DNA of 62,889 nucleotides, the filler included, from Sphacelaria rigidula (taxonomy: Eukaryota), in NCBI GenBank assembly GCA_964200075.2. It is 3 parts of 3 records of this genome, joined end to end, with 100 filler letters (N's around TTAATTAATTAA, not from the genome) between each part and the next. Parts side by side here need not be neighbours in the genome. Positions count along the whole stretch, not along the records: positions 21,009 to 41,901 come from CAXNAA020000482.1; 2 more parts are not named here. The stretch is one strand, 5' to 3'. This document shows, piece by piece, positions 22,300 through 34,600 of this stretch (position 1 is the first letter of the stretch; every line of letters begins with the position of its first letter). The position numbers and the translations under genes are program-made. The notes under the pieces are model-generated. The model was not told the DNA's origin. It saw only the letters and a program-made list of their open reading frames with translations, and ran no database searches.

Positions 22300-25200
22300 T
22301 GGAAGATTCTTACTTGCCGATCCCGTTGCACATTCCGATTTCAAACTCTCCTATCCCCCTCGAGTTCAGCACAAATGCTTACCTGTAAGTTCTTGCATTC
22401 AAAAACTCAAAATGACATTCTCAACTAGGAGATTCTTCACGTCTGTCGCGTTCTGCCCTTCTACTTGAAGTTGTGAGAGGGCAGGATTTCGCCATTATTG
22501 TGAGACCCTTAAACGGTCTTAGGTCGGTCAGAATTACACCGGGGATGTCACACAAATGCTGATGAAGTCGCCCACTTTTCAAACGACAACGCCGGCTTGT
22601 CGATCCACAACGGTCCATTTTTGTTCGTTTGAGAACGTTGTTCAGCTCAGGTATACGATGGGGTGGTCATTCGATTGCTCTCGTTGTAGCCTACAACCAA
22701 ATCTAAGAGTATACGAATCGGTATGCAGTCGGAAGCGGCGAGCACCATCCTCACTTACTTTCCGATTGGGACATAGAAGGACCGATGGTCTGGAAAGCTG
22801 AGCAAACAGGTCTCGAACAGTCTTCCATAGTTGCTGTAATATCAAACTCGACTACTCTCTTGAGAAAAGCAGCATGTGGTTTGATCGTCCGGCCTAGGTT
22901 CGGCAGATATTGGCAGTGGTAGACTAATCCGCCTCGCAGGGGGCGTAATTAGGCGACATATTTCGGCATGGGTATATTGGCAAGGGCTGAAACTTCGTCG
23001 AGGGTTGGGCTGCGACCTTCGGGGGGTAATGCAGTGCCCCAGGAGTTTGATGGTCGTGGCACCGAGTTGTGATTTCCTCCGGATAATTTCAGATCGTGCT
23101 TTTCGAATGGCACTACAAATGTCGCCAGTTGCGCAACATGACCCTCGGGGATAAGTACGTGACACACGGCATCATCCAGGTATATCTGATAGCTGGGTAG
23201 CCTATCGATGACGCAAAACAGGACTCGCTAAAAAGCACCCGGTGCACCGGATGCACCTCGTGGTGTAACTCGTAACTCATACTGTCCAGACTGCCCGCAA
23301 AAGGCCGTCATCTCTTGATTTGGTATCCATTTCTCGTTGATGGTATCCCGCTTGCATTTCAAAAGAAGGAAAAATCTTCCCGTCCAAGGGAGTCCAGGAT
23401 CTCATCTGGTAACGAGAGGCGGGCAACCGACATCATCGCGTTTAAACGTTGATAGTTGGCAGTCAGTCGGATCTTGCACTCGACATCTACGTAGGTAGCC
23501 ACCGAGAATAACTTGCACTTTACAAGCAAGCATCGGGTTTGAGCGGTACGGGCAAAAGGCAATCGATTGTGTTCTCTCCGGTGCATTGATTCTGAACGGT
23601 GTCGTGGGGCATCGACGTAAATCCAGAGGTGAGATAAAGAAACGTTTGGCGTATCGTATCAGCGCATATCTGAGGTTGTCGATGACTGCGGGAGTCCGAC
23701 CGTCACTATTCAAAGTGAAAGTGTAATGACGGAAGAGTCGGGAAATATCGTTCCACAGGCGCAAAAAACTCACCCGCTGCTCAGGTTGCAACTTCTCTGA
23801 CATATTCTGGGGATCTCGAGTTCAACGTCAGCTGCTGACGCGGCCAGGACCATCAGATCTACAGTACCCGGTCCGCCGCGTTCGGGATCTTGGTCTGAGA
23901 CAGTTTGGGCAGGCGACGTGGCAGCGAGACAAGTTCCGGGAATGTACCTAGTAGGGGCGCCGTGGCATGCCCTAGCAACCAGTTGGAACTGAAAAACTCC
24001 GGGGATATAAAAATAAAATATGTTATACTGCTTTTACTAATATATATTCTTGTCCTATTATGTGACTTCGTGCACTGTAGTAGACCATTCCGTAGTACCA
24101 GGTTTACTTCCAACGGTTGGGGAGGTGAAAGCGACACGATGTCCTCCGTGACATGAGATAGCTTGAAGCAATGTTTGGCAGGGGTCATGCATGACCGCCT
24201 AGCACCAAGTTGGAAATAAGATATCCAAGCGTTAATTTTCCCGCGCGTGAGTGAGTGCATGTGGTGACGATGGGTCGGTGGTATATACATGTGTCGAGCA
24301 TCGTTGCCACAGTCGTCTCTTCCCAACGAAATATCAAACGCAATACATTTGTTTGGGACAATTTAGGCTCAAAAAGAAAGTCTGGCGGTGGGGCTTGTCT
24401 CGCGATAAATCGTACGCCAAATCTCACGGCACGTTCAACACTTAAGGTAGTGCTGGATTCAAGACGGCCAAAGGTTCGGGTTGGAGCAGCCGGGGACAGA
24501 CATTTTAAATCCGCAGGGTCGGTGCAGGAGCATCTCCTGCCAGCAGCTTGTGGTGATAAAAGTCTCAGGCGCACTTGAGTCCGGTCATGTCAGTGCCATA
24601 GATTGTCGACTTGTACATGACCGCTATGTAATCCAACTCTAGCCGTATAACGTGCATTGTCCACGGTGGCAACACCGCTTGTGAAATCCGAGCCAAAATC
24701 CGGCAGTGGATCTTTACCCTCTCTCTGTGCTTTCTAGAAGATGGCGTTGAGATATGTTGTCGGGTGATTTTGTGGAATCGTGGAGCCGTGGATTGTGGGG
24801 GCTGGCCATAAGTGTGGTGCGTTCGTTCGGAGCCAGGTTGGGGTATTTCGTGAACCGCGATAGGGGTGTGACTTTTGAGGGCGATTGTTGCAGTGGAGGC
24901 AGTATCGGGCGTGTTGTTGATGGGGGTAGGGGTCACGCCCGACACGGCAGGGAATATGTCATGTACGGATTTGACGCAGGTGTTTTCCCCACGGAGCAAG
25001 TGTCATGCCGAACTGGGTGTCGTAGGAGGCGAACAAGACGGCATTTTTTTCGTCAGGGGACATGATTCTGGTGACTTCATCGTCGGAAATCACGTCCGGT
25101 AGAACATCGCACGTATCATGAATGGGCACAGCCTCGACGGGCGGGGCGGCAGATGCTTTGCCAGGGGCCAAAAGTGGCAATGCAGGGGACGTATCGTCGA

Positions 25201-26250
25201 TTGCGTGGCTGTGTCTGCTTTGCTATGAGGTTGCCGTTGGCGAATTCACATGTGGGTAAGGCAACAAAACAACTGTAGTTAGGGTGGATCGTAAATCAAC
25301 ACGGCCCGCCTCGACCTCTTTGATGGTACTAGCTCAGAGGGACACGGGAAAGCAAAGAGCGGTAGCGGAACATCCAATAACTGAGGCGTACCGACATGGC
25401 CTGCTAATCGGATATCTCAAGAGTTGTCCGTGGTTTGACAGCGCGTCGCGCACCGGCCGGTGAAGGACTGATAGATAGCCTAAGGTGGCGACACGACAAC
25501 TGGGAGACAGCTCGTCACTCGATATGCAGGAATCTGCAAGACTTTGTCTTCACCCCTGGTGTGTTGGGGGAGGATATAGCAGCTAAGAATTCGCTTCACG
25601 AAGTGATACACTGGAGCGATCAGTCCCAGTAAGAGGACGACAAAAGCTTGTTACTGTGAGAGCTATATCCACGGGTGTGTCCGCGGGATCTCGCCTGAGT
25701 GGGACCCTTGTCCGAGGACTGATCGGGCCCATCGTACCCACACCACAAGCCTGAATTAGCGCCGGTCGACGTTGATTCATTGTTGAGGTGTGGGCCCGTT
25801 GGCCGTGTAATACCACCGGGGACAGGGCCTTGTAGGCGTGAGGTAGGAAGCCGCGGTTTGCTGGGTTTCATTCGCGTCGAAGGATGTACGACAGGAGGCT
25901 CGTGGTGGGGGGGGGGGAGATCCACAAGTATGCGATACGGTATTATCGAACGAAAAGCTAGAAGTGCTATCAAAAACAGAGACTGGTACCGTGATTTGTG
26001 GCGTAGTCATTGAGAGTGGCTGTATCCATGAAGTACTCGCTATATCAAAGTGTGCCGAATCGCGGGTCAGGCGAGTCGCGTGGTGCGTGGTGTTGTTTCG
26101 GCTTGTGCTTGATCCAGTCTGGTGTGCTGGGGGGGCATGTGGGACCGGGGGCGAACGGCTTCTAGCACCTTGGGGGAATATGCGAGTGTTGTGCCCGTAT
26201 GGCTCGAGTATGGGCAAGGATATAGTATTATCCCATCAATAAACATCATG
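22300..26250 (-). mobile_element. Decayed Ty3/gypsy LTR-retrotransposon (gag/protease-RT-RNase H remnant)
   Basis: Frameshifted - strand pieces: PFRINAPERTQSIAFCPYRSNP; IRLTANYQRLNAM...DEILDSLGR (RT N-terminal); EKHDLKLS...IKLLGHCITP (RT C-terminal); RRFRLHTDSYTLRFGCRLQREQSNDHPIVYLS (RNase H). Boundaries approximate; LTRs not identified. Confidence 0.85.
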
Positions 26251-28621
26251 TAGCAGATTTGATTTCAAACACCGTGCTGGTGACTTGACATCACTTCTCT
26301 CATGAGCTGCTAAAACAAATAGCACTCCGTTGCCCATGCGGCTAGGAGCGATCTTGCCTGCGCTATTCTTGTAACATGTATATTATGACAAATCACTGAC
26401 GACGACATCGTTGCTCCCACTGTGGGTGTCTGATTCGGATACGATGCTCGAGTTGTGCAAATACAGTGGTGCCGAATCAATTCAACGCTAGCATAACAGT
26501 ACAAGCGGCGTGCCAGGGATGTGTGTTCAAATGCGCCCAGAAGCAAACACGACTTGGTGGTCAGACTTTGGAACAACACACGCCGTAACTACCACTCTAC
26601 TCAATTCAACGGCATTTCTCCTTTCGTTCCATGAGCCTTCAAAGTTCTACGTTTTACCTGCTATATCTGAACGCCTGCGGTTCCGCTGGCTTCCGTGCAG
26701 CATTGTATGGTTTCCAAAAAGAGTCCAGTACCCAGTGTCGTATTCGTCACAGGCATTTTGGATCGAATCTCAAATTAGCCACTAGTGCACCGATTTGAAG
26801 ATGGGGGTAAGTGTGGAGGGCCCGCAACCTAAGTTACATGTAAACAGGGGCGCCGGTGACTAAGCCGACGGCTCGTACACGATTTCGGTCCAATTACGAC
26901 CGCACGGAGGTAAAAACCATTCACGATAGTATCCGGTTCAGAAGTAAGGCATATGAGCATCTCATTCGGCTCGGTAGCGCCCTCTGCATTGAAAGAAGAG
27001 GCGGCGACTGGAGGTTGGGAATGATCGAGGATCGGATAAGGCAACATGGCTTCGTGTTCATGATGTTGGTCGTGGTGAACACGAGTACCCGGCCATGCGC
27101 GTGGGGTCGTCGTGGCCAGCAGTCGATGGGCACGTGCGACATTATACGCATTCGCCTGAGAGTCCGTTCGCCCAGAACAGAAATATCACCAGGTTGATTG
27201 TGTGGCATGGTGCAGTCTTCCGAACACCATGAAGAAGACAGTAGCTACGAAGGCAAAACCTTTAGAGCTACTGTACACGAGCAGTTACCCCGCGTGTTGC
27301 CACGGGAGAAACCAGGGAACAATGCACACATTCACACGAAAAGAAAGAAAGCAACCGCACACGAGCGCAAAATAAAATGACACAACCGGAGCTGGTTCGA
27401 CTTGTGTTAGAAGAAGGTTGGAGGCCCATTCATGTACTCCTGCACTGAGTTTCAGCCAAATGAACTGCGTTTGGTGCGAGGGTGCCCGTAGACTGGAATC
27501 CCCCCCCCCCCCCACCGGCCCGGCTGAGGGGAATTCAATGTTTGGGTGCTCAAAAATGGGGAAAACTAAAGACTAAACCAGCCGATCTCTCAATGAATGG
27601 CTATGCGCCTTGCCTTTTTGCGTAGTACCGTGCTCCCTGTGCTTCCGCGGCATGATACTAGCTACCCTGGGCCACGGCTACCCGCAGATTTTCAGTCCAG
27701 ATCCCCTCCCCAGAAGGATGATTCCTGTATTTTTCAGGCAAGAATGAATTGAAGCAAAAACAACACGCGAAGGATCGAGCACAGCGTGATCTGAGACCTG
27801 TAGGTCAGGGAGGAATGGAATAGTACGCACCGCACAGATGAATGAATTGCATCGTAACACGAAGCGGAATATCAGAGAGAGCTTCTGGGTTCGATCGAGC
27901 TCGGTGTCCAGTTATTGTGCTCCTCGAGAGCTGGTTCGCCAGACAAGAGACTGACGGTCTCTCTTCTGATGCTACAGATGGGGTCACTTGATTACCCGCC
28001 TCATCTTCCAGCGGTACAGGTTCTAGTGATGAACTGGCACGCTTGGACACCCCCTTCCCTATGAGCTAGAGGCTCTGGAGCGAGCTGGCGAGGGGGTGGT
28101 ATCCAGCTACGTGCTGGAAAATAACTTCAGACTCTACAAAACGCGGGAAGATTTGCACTAATGGGAGCACGTCTCAGACGCGACGGCAACCCAATCCACC
28201 CATCGACTCAAGATATTTTAGCGCCGCGCGGTCGCTTGCGAACACGTTCACAGAAAATGATTAAGTTTAAATGAAGCCATCTATGAGGAGAAATAACTTG
28301 GGCCTATCAAAGCGAGAACTTTTCGTCTCGCCGCACCTTCTCACAGCTCAAATTGTTTACAAGACAGCCCCTGACACCCGATGCGCATCCATACCACCCC
28401 TTATATCCAGTGTATAGTACTGTATACTCTATTTAGTACTGACGACAGTAGTAGCACAACTGCGTGAAATATACAGAGTAGTACGTTGCCGTTTGTGTAG
28501 CGGAATCTACCCCGGCGCGATAACCTTTTCAGCCCTACACACAACAGTATAGTGTGAACGTCTCCAGTACTTCGTCGCTGGGGCTTTGAGTGTGCTTGTT
28601 CGGTCCTACCACGGCCCTTAG

Positions 28622-31600
28622 GAAACGTCGAGGCCGTTGCCCTCGCGACGCAGTCCGCTCAACGCAGCAAAAAACGGGCGCAGTTGGGGCGACGAGCAGG
28701 CGAATTTAACTACATGAGGGCCCCGTCTCATCATGCTCACCGCAATGGGCGATGGCTGGAGCCTTTTGCACCAGGTTACAAGATTGGCATGGACCTCGAA
28801 GAGTATAGCAGAGTTGTCAAGTCGCCACCTTTGGACGAGTGTATCTTGTTTTTCGGAGCCTTTCGTAATGGTGAGTCTACGCGGGCGGGGTAGGTGGCAT
28901 TCACAGCTAGGGGATATTGCTACGTTATGACCACTCATTCGGCTCGTCGTGCAGTCGGCAGAAGGACGATGTTCATGAAAATGTCGTGACCAATATCCTG
29001 GACTTCCTGTACAACATATCTCTAGCACGACCGTTCGTTCAGTATGCTACTCACGATATTATCACGCTGCGATGGAGAAACAGCACTTCACTCGCGTCAC
29101 TCGCCCACTTATCGTAAACACATGGAATTCACCGTGCTTTGGCGGCTCTTTTAGGCTTTGAATGTGATGTACAGTAGTGGGCGGTCTAACTATTCATTTT
29201 GTGGCATTTTGTGCTTTTTTCGTAATAATTGGCGATTTTCTTGGGCTCTTTTCGCCTGCCACCCCTTATGACATCGGGGATCTCAAGATATTTGTTTCCG
29301 CTTCACATTCCAAGAAGAAGAAGAAATCATCTGTACTCAATATTGAGTGACTGACAAGCTGACCGGTCATCGGGGGTCCTGCTATGTTTCAGCCCAGATT
29401 CTTAATCTTCTGTATGTTCGGTTAATCGAGCCCGTCCCGATCATATTTGTAAAAAAAAGGTACAATTTTACTCTTGTGTAAGTCTGCCTACGTAGTGTAT
29501 GTACTAGGGCCCAAAAACTGTGTTTCACGGTCAATAACACCCTCCTAATGAACGGGGTATATACTTGTTTCGACCGAAAACATCAGATAAAACTGGCTTG
29601 GGCACTGTATTTCGAAGATAATCTGTTTTGTTGTACCAAAAACTACCGACGCTAGCAATTTCGAGTCCTATCGAAGAGTAGTACTATACGCGAGGAAAAC
29701 CTCAAAACACCCCTAAATAGTTAAACCGCTAACTACTGTAGTGCTTACACCTCGCGGCACAAAGCTCCGACGAGTATGATGCGTATATCTGTGTGCTGAC
29801 CTTATCCTAGCTTTCCGCACGATACCTTCAAGCAAAATCTTCCTTACGTTTTTCGATTTTTGCAATATTTCGGGGTGATGTTCTCTCAATAAGAAATTGT
29901 TACCCCCTTGGTATCGCGCCCGACATATCACGCTGCGATGGAACGACACTCGTCCACAACACGCTTATTTCTCGCGAACGTGTTGGATTGGCCAAGTTTT
30001 TTGGCGACCCATTTCGATTGTGATTGTACAGCAGTGCTTCGATTCCGTGGCATAAAATTCTGCCGAGCATGGTATGCATACCTGTGTGCTCAGCATGTCC
30101 TGGCCTTTCCTTCATATCCCCTGAACAACCGTGAGTTGAGCATTGCAAACAATATCACGCTGCGATGAAACAGCAGTCGTCAGCAACACGCATTTGTTTT
30201 GCTCTCACACGGGATGTGGCCTTTTTATTACTGTCCAGTTTGTGTTCGGGTTCGCTGTAGTTCTTCAATATTGACGCCACGCACCCCTAGAGAAATGCTT
30301 TGTCGCGGCATGCAGGGATAGAGATCATGAACACAACGGCGTCATCTTTGTCATGTTACGATATCCGTGTGACGAGAGCGGGTGTCCAAGAAACGGATAA
30401 CACTGTGTGATTGGGACAAAATTATAGGCTTTTGTGCATTCTCCAAACCGTGGACAACATATTATGGTAAATAGTTGCAATAGGCCTATTCGTTACGCAA
30501 TATGTTTCGTATATTGCAACTACTGAATATATATTATTGTCGAGGGTGTGGAATCTTTACAGTCGACGTTGGGCTGGGGACAGACAGGGGTCAAAGCCCC
30601 GATTACTTAATTGAAAGTGATTCATGGGTGTGATACTAGAGCTTTGTAGTAGTGTAGAAAGAGAGTTTATTGGAACATGAGCTCCAACAAAGTTATGATG
30701 TTTGGCCCCGAAACAGCAGTTTCCCTAACCGGAAACGAAGCATTCTTTATGTTATCTTTTGTCGACCTAGTGCCCTTCGACCGCGTGTGTACTTCTGTCA
30801 AGGCTTTCACCCACTCTATGCGCTCACGGCGCTCGGTGAAAGTACAGTTTGCTGTTGAGTTTATCACCCCAAAAGCTGGGCAAAATGACACTAGCATGTA
30901 GGGTCGGTGAACGTCGCGAAGGAAGTATCCGCGCGATCGACATGCATTAGGTGGCCGGCATTCCTCCTCGTCGCGTGTGTACACATATGAACCAAATTCG
31001 TCGGATGGTTGATCGGACATCTGGTGGGGCAACCTGCTGCCAGTCACTACGAGTGATGAAGTAACATCAAGCCACGTCACGTCATCTTCCGTCCTGAAGT
31101 GTTCACCTTCCATCCTTAAGTTTGTGAAAGCTTCCATCCCGAAGTTCTTGCGTCCTGCTCCTGAAACAAATTCGGATTTTCCCCGAAGCTTTCTCGTATA
31201 CATCACACATCAAGGGTACTCGAAAGCACAACAAAAGAATAAATACGCTCGCTGGCGGACGTGTCGCGTGCAGTCCTTCGAAATCACTTGAGATGCTGTA
31301 CTGCGGCGAGGGAGAGTTTACGCAGGAATACGGAACAGTGTCGGGAGATATATTGAGGTGTGTTTCTCGGCGAATGTCTCCATATAATGTACAAATTGAT
31401 TGTGGAAATACTCAAAGATATGCTAGCAAAGTAAACCAGCATGCAAGGGCGTATCTCGTACAGTTCTCGGGTACCCCTTGAGACACTGAGTCTACAGCAA
31501 ATAAGAGGAAAAGTTCCCCTTAATGTGGTGCTTTAGAAGGATATTGAAGCATCTGTAAGTACCACCTCCCGCCAAAACCTCACCCATTGTGCGCAATGGC

Positions 31601-34600
31601 TTTGCGTATGATGAAAAGGCGGAAAACATCGACGACACCCAACTCGGTGTCTATAGATTACCATACTCCCATTAGAACTCCACAGGCTACAACTGTCAAT
31701 ACTGTATTCAGGTGCAGAAGGCGCCCGTTACTAAGAAAAATGAAATAGGGCCCGGGTTCAAAATCCTGGTATCTTTATTTTACCCGCTGCCGGCGATTTC
31801 CCTGTGTGCCTGTTTCATATTTGGGCGAAGTTTCCAAGAGCTACAATATCCTCTGTTCCTGTTCTTACTGGCGGACAACGCTCAGAGGAGTATGCGCATT
31901 GCAACAGGGTGGCCGGGGTCTTCAAGCTCGCACGGTATCTTGTAGCGCCAGTACACGATGCCCCGCACGCTATACCCAGCGGATGCTACCCGTGGAAGTT
32001 GAGGTGCTTGAGGGGTGCACACGCTTCGCTGATCATGTCGTTCTGCACATATGTAACAAGTACTATATGTCATATGTTTGTCTCCGTTGCCATCAACAAT
32101 CTAGTCAGGACTCAAGGTCTGATTGCTTGCTGCCATCCTGATTCTTGATAGTGGGCGCCTCCTGTACTACGATGTTATACTGTACGTGATTACACCCACT
32201 GTGCTACTACACGCCAGCTTGATATTTTGTGCATTTCGTTGGGCACAAGGCGCCAGACACAGTAGAGCTACACCGTCAGTGCGTGCGTAGCGCATGTCGT
32301 GGGGAGGAGCTCAATTGGTGAGGTAGGGTCCATTTCGACGTGTACGACGTTGGTCTGTGTATGGTGAATGACTGCGCCTTCTATGCTCGAGTACCCAGCC
32401 CATGCTGTTGAAGTTCGCAAGGCATAACAGGTCTGACAGTTCGCGTCCTGTATTCCCTCTACACTTGGTGCATCGTTGTTTGTCCGCGCAGGAAATTTGG
32501 GGGACGTGATTCAACCTTCGAGTTTGGAAAAGCTCTTCGCATACATCGCCCCCGACCAGTGCTTCTGGTACGTGTATAACTTCTTGATTGTGACGCTGCA
32601 TGCCATTTCCGACCACTCCGCACCTATGGATCAACATCGAAATACAATACACACGAACTCTGACAGCCGTGTATGTGTATGTGGTCGACGTATGCGAGAA
32701 GGTGGCGTCGTATGAGGACATACTCCCCCAGAAGAGGGATGATGTTGCCGCTGACCATTCCTTGATCGACATTGCATGGAAGATTTCACACCTCAAACCA
32801 CTCATGATTCGTTAAGACTGACTCCTTACTAACATCTAGAGTTTTTTTAATCTCAAAGCGTCTTGACGTACGGATCACACGGGTGGGGAGAATGTACGCG
32901 CCCGACAAACACAGAACAGAACATGTATCATCTGTTCACTCTAGAATAATCGCCAAAACACTGTCAGACAGTGCATTCGGGTCAAATCAAGCCCCAAAAG
33001 GTTATACCTACGCCGTACCTCACATGCTCATCAAACACTCTCTCTGGCGTTGCTGGACCCAGATCTGAGGATCGAAGTCGAAATCGTTATGGAAATGGAT
33101 TCAGATTTTCTTCTATGCTGGCGCCCTTGTAGAAAGCCAGAATTATGCGCAGGGCGGATGCTTCGTTTACACAAATAAAATCGTACGACTCCTCCAAGAG
33201 CCCCTTGCTTTTCCACACGTCCAACAGAACAGAGCAGATTTTGTTTGTTCTAGGTATTTGTTCTAGGACACGTCATATTCTACACAAATCGACTTCATCA
33301 CAACGTCGGGTAGTTGTTCTTGACTGGAGCGCTTTGTCACTGTTTTTCTAAACCGAACGCCACATCTGATAACCGTGAAATACGTGCTCTGAATCAACAC
33401 ATATTCGACAATGTTTGGGAAGCTGTGCTGAGGTAAACGTACTTTCTGCCGGCGTTTCGAAAGCTGTTCCACCCACATTGTCTTTCTACTCGGCAGCTGG
33501 GGATAGAACAGGGCTACTGCCGTTGTTCCCATATCTTAACGGCAAGAGCCTACTCAAAGCGACGTACTTGTGCCGAATCTGAGGATTATCTTCTACACGT
33601 AAATTTTTCTTCGCAAGACCCCGTATCGTCTATATCTTGGCGTTATTCATCCTTCCCTTCCCTTACTTTCCTTCCTCTCCTACCCTTTCTTTCTTGTGCA
33701 TGTGCGTGAGTTTTTGTTTTCCGGTTTCGTCTCTCACTCTCTCCCTCTCCCTCTCCCTCTCTGTTCACGTCTACGATTCAAGCTTGAGAAAGGGAGAAAC
33801 CGCCGCATGAACTACCGTCTGCCACACCAAACAGCAATAAATGAAGTGGTTGACAGCTTCACCCCCTCCTCCCCCCTCCACTCTCCTGTCCTTGCCTCAT
33901 CGAGACGCTGCATGAATCTCTTGGGACGAAAACCTCAAGTTAATTCATCCCGTGGTAACCCTTGAGCAACCGCGACCAGACAACGACCAATTTGGCTTCA
34001 ATGGCCAATCAATTGGACCTGTTCGAGGGTGGTCGTTAGCAGACATAGTCAGCGAGTCAGCGTCATCATGATCAGCGTGACATGCGATGTGTATGTGCGG
34101 GTCCCGGCAGAAGGTTCTACCAACGTAACGTATTAACAATACCGTGCAATACAGCGCAGCACAGCACAGTGAAGTACACTTCAACACAGTTCATCCCAGT
34201 ACAGCACGGTATAGTACAAGTACACCACTTCCGTCACCTCCCTGACAGCCAGATAGAAGTGACCCGCGGTATGATGCGAGTGCAACAGCGGCGTGTGTTT
34301 GTGACACTCACCTCACTGCAAAGACATTGTCCGTGACCACATTATACCTATCGCTACTGTCTATCATGTGCTGGTCGCACAAGCCAGATGGCCTGGGTAG
34401 CCAGCCGAAGTACGCTTCTCATTGATGACAATGCGTAGTAATAAACGAATCTGCCGCTTATTTGCCGCAAGTACTGTAACAGCGGTTGCTCCAAGGAAGG
34501 TCACTGGCAACCGTAAACATAGGTGGCCGTCGCGCCACCTGCTGAGCCCGCTGCCACCGCCAGCTGCTCGGGGTTGGGGGGGGGGCTATCGTAGAAAGTG

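Noticed and set aside
28733-28930. Ankyrin-like GWSLLH fragment
   Set aside because: Alternative frame of the pyruvyltransferase-like exon; no repeat periodicity.
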